DNA of 64,000 nucleotides. Origin: a virus. Lineage: Duplodnaviria; Caudoviricetes. The stretch spans positions 7,251 through 71,250 of IMG/VR virus record IMGVR_UViG_3300020577_001726. One strand, written 5' to 3'. Numbering within the stretch: position 1 is the first letter of the stretch; each line of letters opens with the position of its first letter. Position numbers and translations under genes: made by a program. Below, piece after piece: positions 28,154-36,715 of this stretch. The notes under the pieces are model-generated. The model saw only the letters and a list, made by a program, of their open reading frames with translations, did not search any database and had not been told where the DNA came from.

Positions 28154-30059
28154 ACGTACAAGCAATCCAGAATACTCTCGTTATATTCACGTATCGCGCT
28201 ATGCGCGGTGGCGTGAGTTCGATAAGCGCAGAGAGACTTGGGAAGAAACAGTTGAGCGGTACTGTAAGTTCTGGCAAAGACGTTATGGCGATCTGTTCCC
28301 GTATGAGCGTGTGTACAACGCGATTGTTAACTTAGATGTTATGCCTTCCATGCGCAGTCTGATGACTGCGGGACCGGCACTGGAGCGCGACGAGATGGCT
28401 GGGTATAACTGTTCAGCCCTGCCCATTGATCATCCGCGCGCATTCGATGAGATCCTGTATGTGCTGATGTGCGGTACTGGCGTCGGCTTCTCCGTGGAGA
28501 GTCAATTTGTTAATCAGCTTCCTGTTGTACCTGAACTTTTCGATTCTGATACTACTATCGTTGTCGGTGACAGCAAAATTGGCTGGGCAACGGCTCTCCG
28601 TCAGCTTGTGGGTCTTCTGTATAGTGGCAGCGTTCCTAGCTGGGACGTTAGTCGTGTCCGCCCCTATGGAGCACGTCTCAAGGTATTTGGTGGGAGAGCC
28701 TCAGGACCAGCGCCCCTAGTCGATATGATGCAGTTCGTCGTTAAGACGTTCCGCAAGGCTCAGGGCCGTCGCCTGACTCCCCTAGAGTGTCATGACATCG
28801 CCTGTAAGATCGCGGACTGCGTGGTTGTGGGCGGCGTGCGTCGTTCTGCGCTGATCAGCCTGTCAGACCTCTCTGACGTCGCCATGCGGGACTCAAAGAG
28901 CGGCCAGTGGTGGGACGAGCCTGACAAGGGCGTCGTCCGTGAGGGCCAGCGGGCTTTAGCGAACAATAGCGCGGTTTATGAGCAGCGGCCTGACATGGAC
29001 ACCTTCCTAGCTGAATGGACGGCTCTGGTGGCCTCTAAGAGCGGCGAGCGGGGGTTCTTTAACCGCCAGTCCTCGCGCCTACAGGCCCGTAGAACAGGCC
29101 GTAGGGACTCAGATCAGGCGTTCCTGACCAACCCGTGCGGAGAGATCATCCTACGCCCATATGGCCTATGCAATCTAACCGAGGTTATCGTGCGGCCGGG
29201 AGATACGCTCAAAACTCTTAAGGAAAAGGTTGAAGTGGCTTCGATCATCGGCACGTTCCAGTCCACGCTGACCAACTTCAAGTACGTGCGTCAGGTCTGG
29301 CGGAAGAACGCTGAGGAGGAGCGCCTACTAGGCGTCTCAATGACTGGGATCATGGACCACCCGCAGCTGCGTCAGGTAGACATTAACACTGAGGTCTGGT
29401 TAGAGGAGTTAAAGCAACATGCTATCGACGCAAATGCTCGTTGGGCCAGTTCTCTTGGGATTAATGTTTCTCGCGCTATTACAACGGTCAAGCCTAGCGG
29501 GACAGTTTCCCAGCTTGTCGATAGCGCTTCTGGCATTCATCCTCGCTGGAACAATCGTTATATTCGTACTGTGAGGGCAGATAAGAAGGATCCGCTAGCC
29601 AAGTTCATGCGCCTTAAGGGCTTCCCCGTGGAAGACGAGCAGCGCCGTCCAGACGTTACGGACGTGTTCAGCTTCCCGGTGGAGATTTCAGGCCCCGTGA
29701 CGATCCGTACGGACGTTACAGCCATCGATCAGCTAGAGCATTACATGATGTTCAAGCGCCATTGGTGTGAACATAATCCGTCCATTACTGTCTATGTTAA
29801 GGATGACGAGTGGTTAGCGGTTGGTGACTGGGTGTACAAAAACTTTGATGAGATCGGTGGCATTTCGTTCCTGCCGCACAGCGATCATATCTACGCACAA
29901 GCACCGTACCAAGACTGCACACAAGAAGAGTTCGACGCGCTTCTGGCACGTATGCCTAAGAACGTTGACTGGACAGAGCTAGGGGCCTTTGAAGATGAGG
30001 ACAACACTAGCGGATCGCAGGAACTAGCGTGCCTAAGCGGGGTATGTGAAATTGTCTAA
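28143..30059 (+). CDS. nrdJ: Class II (B12-dependent) ribonucleotide reductase
   Basis: MPSMR, YNC, NPCGEI.L....LCNL, TVKPSGTVSQL and C-terminal C.SG.CE; no NrdB/F partner in the window. Confidence 0.92.
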   Translation: MAFERTSNPEYSRYIHVSRYARWREFDKRRETWEETVERYCKFWQRRYGDLFPYERVYNAIVNLDVMPSMRSLMTAGPALERDEMAGYNCSALPIDHPRAFDEILYVLMCGTGVGFSVESQFVNQLPVVPELFDSDTTIVVGDSKIGWATALRQLVGLLYSGSVPSWDVSRVRPYGARLKVFGGRASGPAPLVDMMQFVVKTFRKAQGRRLTPLECHDIACKIADCVVVGGVRRSALISLSDLSDVAMRDSKSGQWWDEPDKGVVREGQRALANNSAVYEQRPDMDTFLAEWTALVASKSGERGFFNRQSSRLQARRTGRRDSDQAFLTNPCGEIILRPYGLCNLTEVIVRPGDTLKTLKEKVEVASIIGTFQSTLTNFKYVRQVWRKNAEEERLLGVSMTGIMDHPQLRQVDINTEVWLEELKQHAIDANARWASSLGINVSRAITTVKPSGTVSQLVDSASGIHPRWNNRYIRTVRADKKDPLAKFMRLKGFPVEDEQRRPDVTDVFSFPVEISGPVTIRTDVTAIDQLEHYMMFKRHWCEHNPSITVYVKDDEWLAVGDWVYKNFDEIGGISFLPHSDHIYAQAPYQDCTQEEFDALLARMPKNVDWTELGAFEDEDNTSGSQELACLSGVCEIV

Positions 30060-30615
30060 ACGGTTACCAGATGCAAAAGTAGGTCAGAGATTCGGTGAAT
30101 GGGAGGTAGTTGGAGAAGGGGATAAGACCCCGGGAAGCAGAGTTAGAACGTGGAGAGTACAGTGTAGTTGTGGCAGTATACACAGTGTACGGATCCACGC
30201 TCTGCTAGCCGGGAAGTCTAGGAAGTGTACCGAGTGCCGAGATTCTGGGATTTATATAACGAGGGAGAACAACGCTAACTGGAGAGGGCATGGCCCTGTG
30301 GGACGCACTGAGTTTAGCCGTATGCTAGCCAGTGCTAAGAAGAAGGGATATGAGGTCAACGTGACGATGCAGTACCTAGCGGAGATCTTCAAACAGCAGG
30401 ACGGTAGGTGTGCTCTTACTGGACTGCCCCTGAAGATCCAAAAAGGTGTTGGTAACGCCTCGATTGACCGCATAGACAGTAAGAAGGGCTACATCATTGG
30501 CAATGTGCAGTGGGTTGATAAACGCGTTAACATCATGAAGCATGTAATACCGGAGTCGGAGTTCATAGAACTATGCCGACTAGTCTATCTAAAAAAGGAG
30601 AAGCATAATGATTGA
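30046..30615 (+). CDS. HNH-type endonuclease
   Basis: N-terminal GQRFG...V...CSCG...GKS.KC and C-terminal CALTG...SIDRIDS.KGY..GNVQWV...VN.MK. Confidence 0.75.
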   Translation: MKLSKRLPDAKVGQRFGEWEVVGEGDKTPGSRVRTWRVQCSCGSIHSVRIHALLAGKSRKCTECRDSGIYITRENNANWRGHGPVGRTEFSRMLASAKKKGYEVNVTMQYLAEIFKQQDGRCALTGLPLKIQKGVGNASIDRIDSKKGYIIGNVQWVDKRVNIMKHVIPESEFIELCRLVYLKKEKHND

Positions 30616-30781
30616 AGGTCTATTAATTCTTGGTGCGTTCGTTCTAGGTCTGGTGGGTGGTGCGAAGTGGCAACAAAATGTCTTCGCTGCTGAGAAGCTA
30701 GCTGCTGAGGAAACAGCTAAGCTGGTTGAAGTGGCTAAGAAGCGCATCAATAAGAAGAAGACTCCCCCGCCTGCGGCATAA
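30608..30781 (+). CDS. Small single-TM protein (57 aa; not in ORF track)
   Basis: MIEGLLILGAFVLGLVGGAKWQQ...; RBS AGGAG; overlaps the HNH stop. Confidence 0.6.
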   Translation: MIEGLLILGAFVLGLVGGAKWQQNVFAAEKLAAEETAKLVEVAKKRINKKKTPPPAA

Positions 30782-30808
30782 CGCAACCCCATATAGCTCC
30801 GCTATAAT

Positions 30809-30833
30809 AAAAAGGCCCCTCACGGGGCCTTTA
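30809..30833. terminator. Bidirectional terminator between the convergent arms
   Basis: AAAAAGGCCCC-TCAC-GGGGCCTTT at the point where gene orientation switches. Confidence 0.85.
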
Positions 30834-30866
30834 ACCATTGTAGGATCCAATGGATGATACGCCAAA

Positions 30867-31196
30867 TTAGACCGCTGGCGCTGGCGGTTGAAGCTCCGGG
30901 GTACCGAATTCCAGCACGCCGGTCACTGCTTGCGCATCCACGACTTCAATCGCGCCTGTTAGCGTAATCGTAGACACACCCTCACCAATGTCCGCGTCAA
31001 AAGACGCGGTGATAACCGCTGCCCCTGCAGAAACGCCCGTGACCACCGCGCCAAATTGTCCCGTCGAAGCGACCTTAGCAACCGTCTCATCTGACGATAA
31101 GAAGGTGACATTTCCGTCGATTTTCGCTGGGTGATTGCCCGGGGTCTTCGGGGCGACGACCACACTAACTTGTTCTTCATTTGTAATACGAGCCAT
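30867..31196 (-). CDS. Ig-like (Big_2-type) domain protein
   Basis: VTFLSSDETVAKV....VTGVSAG.AVITA pattern; strong GGAGG RBS at ATG 31196. The frame stays open to ATG 31364. Confidence 0.7.
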   Translation of the reverse strand: MARITNEEQVSVVVAPKTPGNHPAKIDGNVTFLSSDETVAKVASTGQFGAVVTGVSAGAAVITASFDADIGEGVSTITLTGAIEVVDAQAVTGVLEFGTPELQPPAPAV

Positions 31197-31360
31197 AAAG
31201 CCCTCCACGTAAGATTGATTGCCTGTTGACCATCTGAACACAAAAAACTTAGACGGCTTAAGCCGTTTCTTTTTGTGATAGTACGTAGTAGTGATAATCT
31301 CATCCCCGCACCTTGTAATGCGCTTCCGAGTAACACTTCTACTTGATGCTTTAAATTTTT

Positions 31361-31987
31361 TCATTGATCCACCTTTACGAGCTTTCCGTCCATCATTACG
31401 AAGACGTCTTTCCCTTGCTTCAGAAAGTCGCCGCGAAGGATCTCTTTTTTGTCTTTTTCATCCATCATTTTGACTGCTACGATACGCTTGTAGATGATAC
31501 CACAAAGCATATCACCTTCGTTTAAGCGACGAAGAAATTCGTCTCTTAAAATTGTCACACTAGTGTCCGCAGAGGCGATAATTAGGCTCTCGAATTCACC
31601 GTCCTCAGACATATGTACTTGAACATCGAAGTCTAGAAGCATACTAGATTTATCACCTTTAATATGTAGGACAGCATGCCGTTCAAAAGCTTGGGGCTGA
31701 GGAGCGCGGCGCATAGAAGACATCTGGAGCTGTAGATATATCTGTTGTTTCCGTATCTCCATCTCCTTCTGCTGTACCTTCATCGCATACTCCAGCTTCT
31801 TCAGTTGAAGCTCTGTATGTGATAGAGCTAAATCATCAATGAGCGGGGTATGATACGTTTGCTGTGTTTGGGTCCCAGCAGGCTCTGCAATCTCCGCACT
31901 CGTTGTTTTGTCTTCTTGCTGGGCAAGTAGCTTGTCCTGCTTGCGACGTAACCGTTGAAGTATGCCGGAAAGCGGGAGGATTGCCAT
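31361..31987 (-). CDS. Hypothetical protein (start uncertain)
   Basis: 208-aa ORF; its 5' part overlaps the GP88 gene by 152 nt. Confidence 0.5.
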   Translation of the reverse strand: MAILPLSGILQRLRRKQDKLLAQQEDKTTSAEIAEPAGTQTQQTYHTPLIDDLALSHTELQLKKLEYAMKVQQKEMEIRKQQIYLQLQMSSMRRAPQPQAFERHAVLHIKGDKSSMLLDFDVQVHMSEDGEFESLIIASADTSVTILRDEFLRRLNEGDMLCGIIYKRIVAVKMMDEKDKKEILRGDFLKQGKDVFVMMDGKLVKVDQ

Positions 31988-32471
31988 CTATCATTGCTCC
32001 TGAAACACGTATAACTAGGTTGTTTGGTACTGTGTGAGTGCGCAAGTACTCTTTTACTATAGCATTCTCTCTCGTAGGGAGCCAGAAGTGGGTGTCTGGG
32101 CAACGCGAGGCTACCTGAACTATGCGATCTAGGTGGTCAAGTCCTTGGATATCCCCTGAATCGTGCCAGCGGAACCATTCGATCTTCTTGTTTTGTATCA
32201 GGTAGACCATCGCGTCGACCCAGCGCGGGTCTGTAAGTGTGCCCAGCCGCCGGTACTCGGCGTCCTGTACGTTCTGGAAGACGTATCGCCCCTTTAAGGC
32301 GTAGCACTTACTACAGACTGAGTTTGGGATCTGGCGCAGCACGCTACCGACCTTGCACTCTCTTGCCGGGAGCCCGTAGGCATACCCCGGCATTTTACTA
32401 GGCTTGGATAGGCCTCCTACCACTGCTTCTGCCGCCCCAAGGGTATGGAAGCTCATCGGCTGAACATTCAT
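31836..32471 (-). CDS. GP88 family protein
   Basis: SKPSKMPG...LP...C..GS...VC..CYA, FRWHDSGD and FWLPTRE motifs. Confidence 0.8.
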   Translation of the reverse strand: MNVQPMSFHTLGAAEAVVGGLSKPSKMPGYAYGLPARECKVGSVLRQIPNSVCSKCYALKGRYVFQNVQDAEYRRLGTLTDPRWVDAMVYLIQNKKIEWFRWHDSGDIQGLDHLDRIVQVASRCPDTHFWLPTRENAIVKEYLRTHTVPNNLVIRVSGAMIDGNPPAFRHTSTVTSQAGQATCPARRQNNECGDCRACWDPNTANVSYPAH

Positions 32472-32754
32472 ACATAAACTTATGATCAGGATACTTGAGC
32501 TTCAACCCAACAAGCGTGGCGTACGCCTTCGCTTCTAGTCCACCGTCATGTATATATGGTTTAATCAGTTGCTCCATCACGTCGGATGGAGAATATCTAA
32601 CCGTCAGAGAAAACAATTCCGGGATCTGATCCTGAGGAAGGAGCTCTGATCCCGGTACAGCTATGATCCAACCTTTACTCTGCGCAGCGATATTGTCGTC
32701 CAGTGTCCATCTACCTTCTTCTACTTCTATGTCTTCATCTCTCAATAGTATCAC
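32398..32754 (-). CDS. Hypothetical protein (start uncertain)
   Basis: Fills the gap between TraR and GP88; GTG 32754 chosen; weak similarity to the GW...SD...G...AL family at 49.8 and 54 kb. Confidence 0.45.
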   Translation of the reverse strand: MILLRDEDIEVEEGRWTLDDNIAAQSKGWIIAVPGSELLPQDQIPELFSLTVRYSPSDVMEQLIKPYIHDGGLEAKAYATLVGLKLKYPDHKFMYECSADELPYPWGGRSSGRRPIQA

Positions 32755-32774
32755 TCTTGAGACTGGGCTTTCTA

Positions 32775-33026
32775 TCAGTCGTCGCTGAACGCTTTTCGCG
32801 TATGCCTGCGCATACGCTGCGTCTGTTCTAGGAATTGTTGGCATTGTATACACGTAATTGCACCGGTCTTTAGACGGCCCGTGGGTATGGTATCTCCACA
32901 CTCCACGCACTCACCTTCGAAGTCTTCCGGAATCTGGACGTTAGCGTCCCTTCGCACTTTGGCGACTTTCTCATCTAAATCGGCCTGCAACTGCCCCTCC
33001 ACAAATTCAAGAAGTTTTTCGTTCAC
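32775..33026 (-). CDS. TraR/DksA C4 zinc-finger protein
   Basis: CVECGDTIPTGRL....TCIQCQ. Confidence 0.85.
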   Translation of the reverse strand: MNEKLLEFVEGQLQADLDEKVAKVRRDANVQIPEDFEGECVECGDTIPTGRLKTGAITCIQCQQFLEQTQRMRRHTRKAFSDD

Positions 33027-33071
33027 GTTTTAATACGTCTTTCACTAGGTAGTACGCCATCACCCCAGTTA

Positions 33072-33524
33072 CTAGGATTTTGTAGAGGTTCTGGCTAGCT
33101 TGAGCGGTTCTAAGGATCTTGTTAAACAAGGACTAACTCCTGTGATGCCTCGGATTAGCCCTGCAAGGTCTTTCCGGCTCATGATGCGCGCCTTCATCTC
33201 ATCTGACGTCATAGGACTTTCCCAAGTGCGGTTTCTGAATAACACACCGCCATCTGGACAGCCCAAAATTACGACGACGTTTCGCCCTTCCGCGTGCCGG
33301 TCACTGAGCCATTTCAGCTGACGATCTGTCAAAGCTGGAACGATCTCAAGGCTCTTAGGAATCTTAGGGATAAATTTGTACTCCACCCATACATCTCCCA
33401 TAGCTCCTGAGTACCACACATCTGCGGTCCCGGCGCGGTAGGGATTATACATCTTCTCGTGATACACATCTTTAAGGTGTGCGTTAACGGAAGCTATAAA
33501 CGTATTTTCAGGCTTGGTTGCCAA
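33072..33524 (-). CDS. VRR-NUC/PD-(D/E)XK nuclease (resolvase-like)
   Basis: PE..F, G.ADVW, WVEYK and Q..WL motifs. Confidence 0.7.
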   Translation of the reverse strand: MATKPENTFIASVNAHLKDVYHEKMYNPYRAGTADVWYSGAMGDVWVEYKFIPKIPKSLEIVPALTDRQLKWLSDRHAEGRNVVVILGCPDGGVLFRNRTWESPMTSDEMKARIMSRKDLAGLIRGITGVSPCLTRSLEPLKLARTSTKS

Positions 33525-33708
33525 AGTCTATGTCTTGGATATCTATGTGGCCGCATCGGCAGCATATACGGGCTTTGAACTTCATCCCGGGTGGCAGACG
33601 TACTATGATCTTGTCACTGGTTTCGTCGAACTCATGATAATGGTGCTGTCCGAAAAAGCACAGCACCTTTCCGATATAGTACCATATATAATCACTCACC
33701 GTCTTCAT
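33508..33708 (-). CDS. Small Cys/His protein (DUF1660-like)
   Basis: LC.F..HHY...C.RCGH pattern; ATG 33708. Confidence 0.5.
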   Translation of the reverse strand: MKTVSDYIWYYIGKVLCFFGQHHYHEFDETSDKIIVRLPPGMKFKARICCRCGHIDIQDIDFGNQA

Positions 33709-33967
33709 CTTCTTCCTTCTTCTTAAACCAGCGCCTATGTACATAGATGGCTACTGGCACAGCTATAGGACCAGCTAGGACGTAGCCTAGATACTCCTCA
33801 ATTGAGTTGGCGTGCGGGATATGGGTTAGCAGGAACAGCTGAGCTATGCCGATCATCGTACTGTTCACCATCGCCATGCCTATATGCCCTGAGTTCACGA
33901 TGAGGCTCTGGAACCCGAGGAGGAACACTGAGACGAATGTCACTACGAAGATCAGGATCGCGGTCAT
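33692..33967 (-). CDS. Small multi-TM membrane protein
   Basis: Three hydrophobic segments and a basic C-terminus. Confidence 0.6.
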   Translation of the reverse strand: MTAILIFVVTFVSVFLLGFQSLIVNSGHIGMAMVNSTMIGIAQLFLLTHIPHANSIEEYLGYVLAGPIAVPVAIYVHRRWFKKKEEDEDGE

Positions 33968-34314
33968 TCCTGATTAACTCCCATTATCGAGCGCATAATA
34001 GACCGGTACGTTTCAGTTCTGAATTTAGAACGGCGGCTGCTTTCACGCTTATCTGCAGGTTTTTTAGTCACATTGGTAAGCTGTTTGTAGATTTCTGCGC
34101 CTTTAGGGTACAAAATTTCATTGTCATACTCGGTTAAACAGGGCATCATGAAATCAATTGTTTTGCCCTTCAGTTCAAGTACGTGCCCTGTGTTTTTATA
34201 CAGAATGAGCCTGTGGTGCCCCGCGTACGGATGGAGCTCCCAGCTGTCTGCCTGATCCAGCATCTTATCTAGAAGTGTACCCAGCTTCGATAGTCTTGGT
34301 TTAGTCGCTGCCAT
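33964..34314 (-). CDS. Hypothetical protein, paralogue of the 34301-34762 ORF
   Basis: LSKLG.LL.KMLD...W..H, CL..YD...L and Y.SIM...G shared with the neighbour. Confidence 0.6.
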   Translation of the reverse strand: MAATKPRLSKLGTLLDKMLDQADSWELHPYAGHHRLILYKNTGHVLELKGKTIDFMMPCLTEYDNEILYPKGAEIYKQLTNVTKKPADKRESSRRSKFRTETYRSIMRSIMGVNQE

Positions 34315-34762
34315 TTGTAATCCCTAGGACGTTGTTCATGATGCTCTTATAATACTTCCGCTGGTTATTAGATCGCGTAGTTTCCTTGCACCGGTTGTCG
34401 AACTCCATGAACTTGTCACCTGTGTGCTGCTCCACTACAGGCTTAACCTTCTCCCATAGGTGCGCACGGTCATACGCTGAAAGACATGCACAGCCGTATA
34501 CATCGAACTTGTACTTGAACGTCACATCCAGAGCTAGATCGCCTCTAGGGTGCCTAAGGATACGTCGCCTAGCTTGGCCGTACCCTACCTCATGCACTTT
34601 CCATTCCTCTGGGGTATCTAGCATCTTGCTTAAGATCTCCCCCAACTTCGTTAGCTTCTCCAACTGTCTCTCCTTCTTAACATCATAGTAATCGTCGCCG
34701 TAGTTATCTTTATATCTTTGTTGCTGTGCTAGGTGATACTTAAGACGTCTTGTTGCTGTCAT
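34301..34762 (-). CDS. Hypothetical protein, paralogue of the 33964-34314 ORF
   Basis: Same shared motifs as the neighbour. Confidence 0.6.
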   Translation of the reverse strand: MTATRRLKYHLAQQQRYKDNYGDDYYDVKKERQLEKLTKLGEILSKMLDTPEEWKVHEVGYGQARRRILRHPRGDLALDVTFKYKFDVYGCACLSAYDRAHLWEKVKPVVEQHTGDKFMEFDNRCKETTRSNNQRKYYKSIMNNVLGITNGSD

Positions 34763-35292
34763 GGTAAATGGAACAGGTCCTTCACACTCTGTTGAAGGTC
34801 CTGTAATGTCCCGTTGTTAATTAGTATCCCGTCTCCTGCCTCTTGGGCTACCCCCACCTCGCTAGCGTGTTGTCTAACCCGCTCTGCGCTGTCTCGCTTG
34901 ATATGAATGATCCGGCCACCTAGCCTTCGTACCCATTCAGCTTCATTGTCAAAGCGTACATCAGCCACCACCATACCGGGGCCAGAGCTAAGCAGCCTTT
35001 GGCGGGCAAGAATCAACCATATATCTTCGTTGATAAGGTTCCGTCCCCACTCCGTGCCTAGGGTCTGCATTAGCTCGCGCGGAGACTTTCCAATGGCTGG
35101 GATGATGTCTTCTTTGTGCTGGATCCAGTACGGGTCGTTTAAGTCTATGTTGAAACCGGCTTTGAGCATTGCCCGCATAGGATCTGCGAATGAGTACTGG
35201 TAACCGCCTCTCGCCGCGACGATAAATCTAGCGACCGTGTCTTTACCAACTCTAGCTCGCCCCGTAAGACCGATAATTGGTATTTGAGCCAT
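34759..35292 (-). CDS. Deoxynucleoside monophosphate kinase
   Basis: IGLTGRARVGKDT P-loop, FADP, PRELMQTLGTEWGR and DVRFDNE. Confidence 0.88.
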   Translation of the reverse strand: MAQIPIIGLTGRARVGKDTVARFIVAARGGYQYSFADPMRAMLKAGFNIDLNDPYWIQHKEDIIPAIGKSPRELMQTLGTEWGRNLINEDIWLILARQRLLSSGPGMVVADVRFDNEAEWVRRLGGRIIHIKRDSAERVRQHASEVGVAQEAGDGILINNGTLQDLQQSVKDLFHLP

Positions 35293-35305
35293 TCGTTTTC
35301 TTCTT

Positions 35306-35875
35306 TTAAGTGTTTTCTGAGTTCTGGGGGGTTAACCTCAGCCATTTGTAAATCTCCTGAAGGTGTTGAGCCTGAGTAATAGCATCGTCCCTTCCGTTAT
35401 GTTGAACCCCATAGCGATGTAGGAGTTTAGGCGCGCCGGGAAGTCCCTTGAGCGTCCTGAAGCACCTATTCCGGCTATACGACCAAGGTCGTACAACCGA
35501 AAATGCTTCGTACATATCTCCAAGAAGGACATTGTCGAAGTCGGCACCGTTGCCCCAGATCTTCGTTTTCGGTACTTCTTCGACATATTCAGCAAACTCC
35601 TGAAGCGCTTGGACTGGGTCCTTGGGAAATACAGGTTCGAAGACACGGCGGGCGAGCACTGACTGCCGCATCCACCATTCAACAGTTCTAGCATCTATGT
35701 TCAAACCCATGCGCTGCTGTAGAGCCAGCCCATGCTTGTCGAACTCGACATAGAATGGCTCGCACTCTAAGGCTGTATCTGCGTATGGGTCGAAACGGAT
35801 GGCTCCGATGCTAAGGATCACGGAGTTGCGCCCTGTGCCTAGAGTTTCTAGGTCCAACATGATGTGGTCGTTCAC
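35306..35875 (-). CDS. DEDDh 3'-5' exo(ribo)nuclease
   Basis: MLDLETLG, WGNG..FD and HN..DDA..QA motifs. Confidence 0.85.
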   Translation of the reverse strand: MNDHIMLDLETLGTGRNSVILSIGAIRFDPYADTALECEPFYVEFDKHGLALQQRMGLNIDARTVEWWMRQSVLARRVFEPVFPKDPVQALQEFAEYVEEVPKTKIWGNGADFDNVLLGDMYEAFSVVRPWSYSRNRCFRTLKGLPGAPKLLHRYGVQHNGRDDAITQAQHLQEIYKWLRLTPQNSENT

Positions 35876-36087
35876 TTTGCCGCCTGTAGTAACTTCGCCT
35901 CTGCTTTGATTAGTAGCTTCCGCTCGCGGAGCTCCTCTTTTTCTAGAGCGTCCATCTGCTTCTTATGTTCCGCCACTTCTTCCTTACGACGCTTAGCAAT
36001 ATCGGCCAGATTGTTCTTAATCTGACCGATATCTACCTTAGCATCGACTTTTGCTTGCGACATTATGACGCTAGGTAACCGAGCCAT
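35872..36087 (-). CDS. Hypothetical coiled-coil protein
   Basis: 71 aa, coupled to neighbouring genes. Confidence 0.55.
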   Translation of the reverse strand: MARLPSVIMSQAKVDAKVDIGQIKNNLADIAKRRKEEVAEHKKQMDALEKEELRERKLLIKAEAKLLQAAK

Positions 36088-36419
36088 TATTCCCCCGAGC
36101 AGGCAAACGCGTGATCAAACACCTTGAGGATAGCCTTGTGACCCTTGTCGTCGTTAATGGCGACGATGCTACCCGCCTTGGGGTATAGATCGTCTACTGC
36201 GTTATTGAGCGCAAGCAGGACCTTGTTCTGTAGCTTCACAGGAACAAACGCATCGACTGCGCCTACGGCGCACCAGCACACGGCGGAAGGTGCATCTGGG
36301 TGAACCCAATCGTCGTTTTCGTTTTTAGCAATTGCGTCTTGCGTCCATGTGGACTTCTTGCTGATAGCGGTACGAGCCGCTAGGATACCTAGCTGCACAT
36401 CGGTTAGCTTCTTTGCCAT
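36087..36419 (-). CDS. Hypothetical phage protein
   Basis: W.Q...A......CWCAVGA...ND pattern; RBS GGAG. Confidence 0.6.
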   Translation of the reverse strand: MAKKLTDVQLGILAARTAISKKSTWTQDAIAKNENDDWVHPDAPSAVCWCAVGAVDAFVPVKLQNKVLLALNNAVDDLYPKAGSIVAINDDKGHKAILKVFDHAFACSGE

Positions 36420-36441
36420 TTCAACATCTCCGTTTTAGAAT

Positions 36442-36603
36442 TGGTGCCGGTTGTACACGTAGTGACCGGCGGCTACTGAGGCTTATCGCGCGTACTGCGA
36501 GGGGATAAAAGATAGATAACTTGGTTTAAGGTCCTCACCCCTAAACCACTAAGAGTTTTCTCCCTTGCTAAGGGCATGAGGTCTTTGTGCCACTGTTACC
36601 GGC
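36442..36603 (-). ncRNA. Candidate structured ncRNA ending in ACCA
   Basis: Intergenic; terminal GCCGGT/ACCGGC-A-CCA with three internal hairpins (see findings). Confidence 0.45.
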
Positions 36604-36715
36604 GTCACCTTGCGGGCGTTAAGGGGCCGCTCTCGTTTCGCACAATGCATTGAGAAGGACTTACAGAAAGGACGCAATCCTCTTCCTGCCTAGGGGCTCA
36701 CGTTATCTAGTTAAG

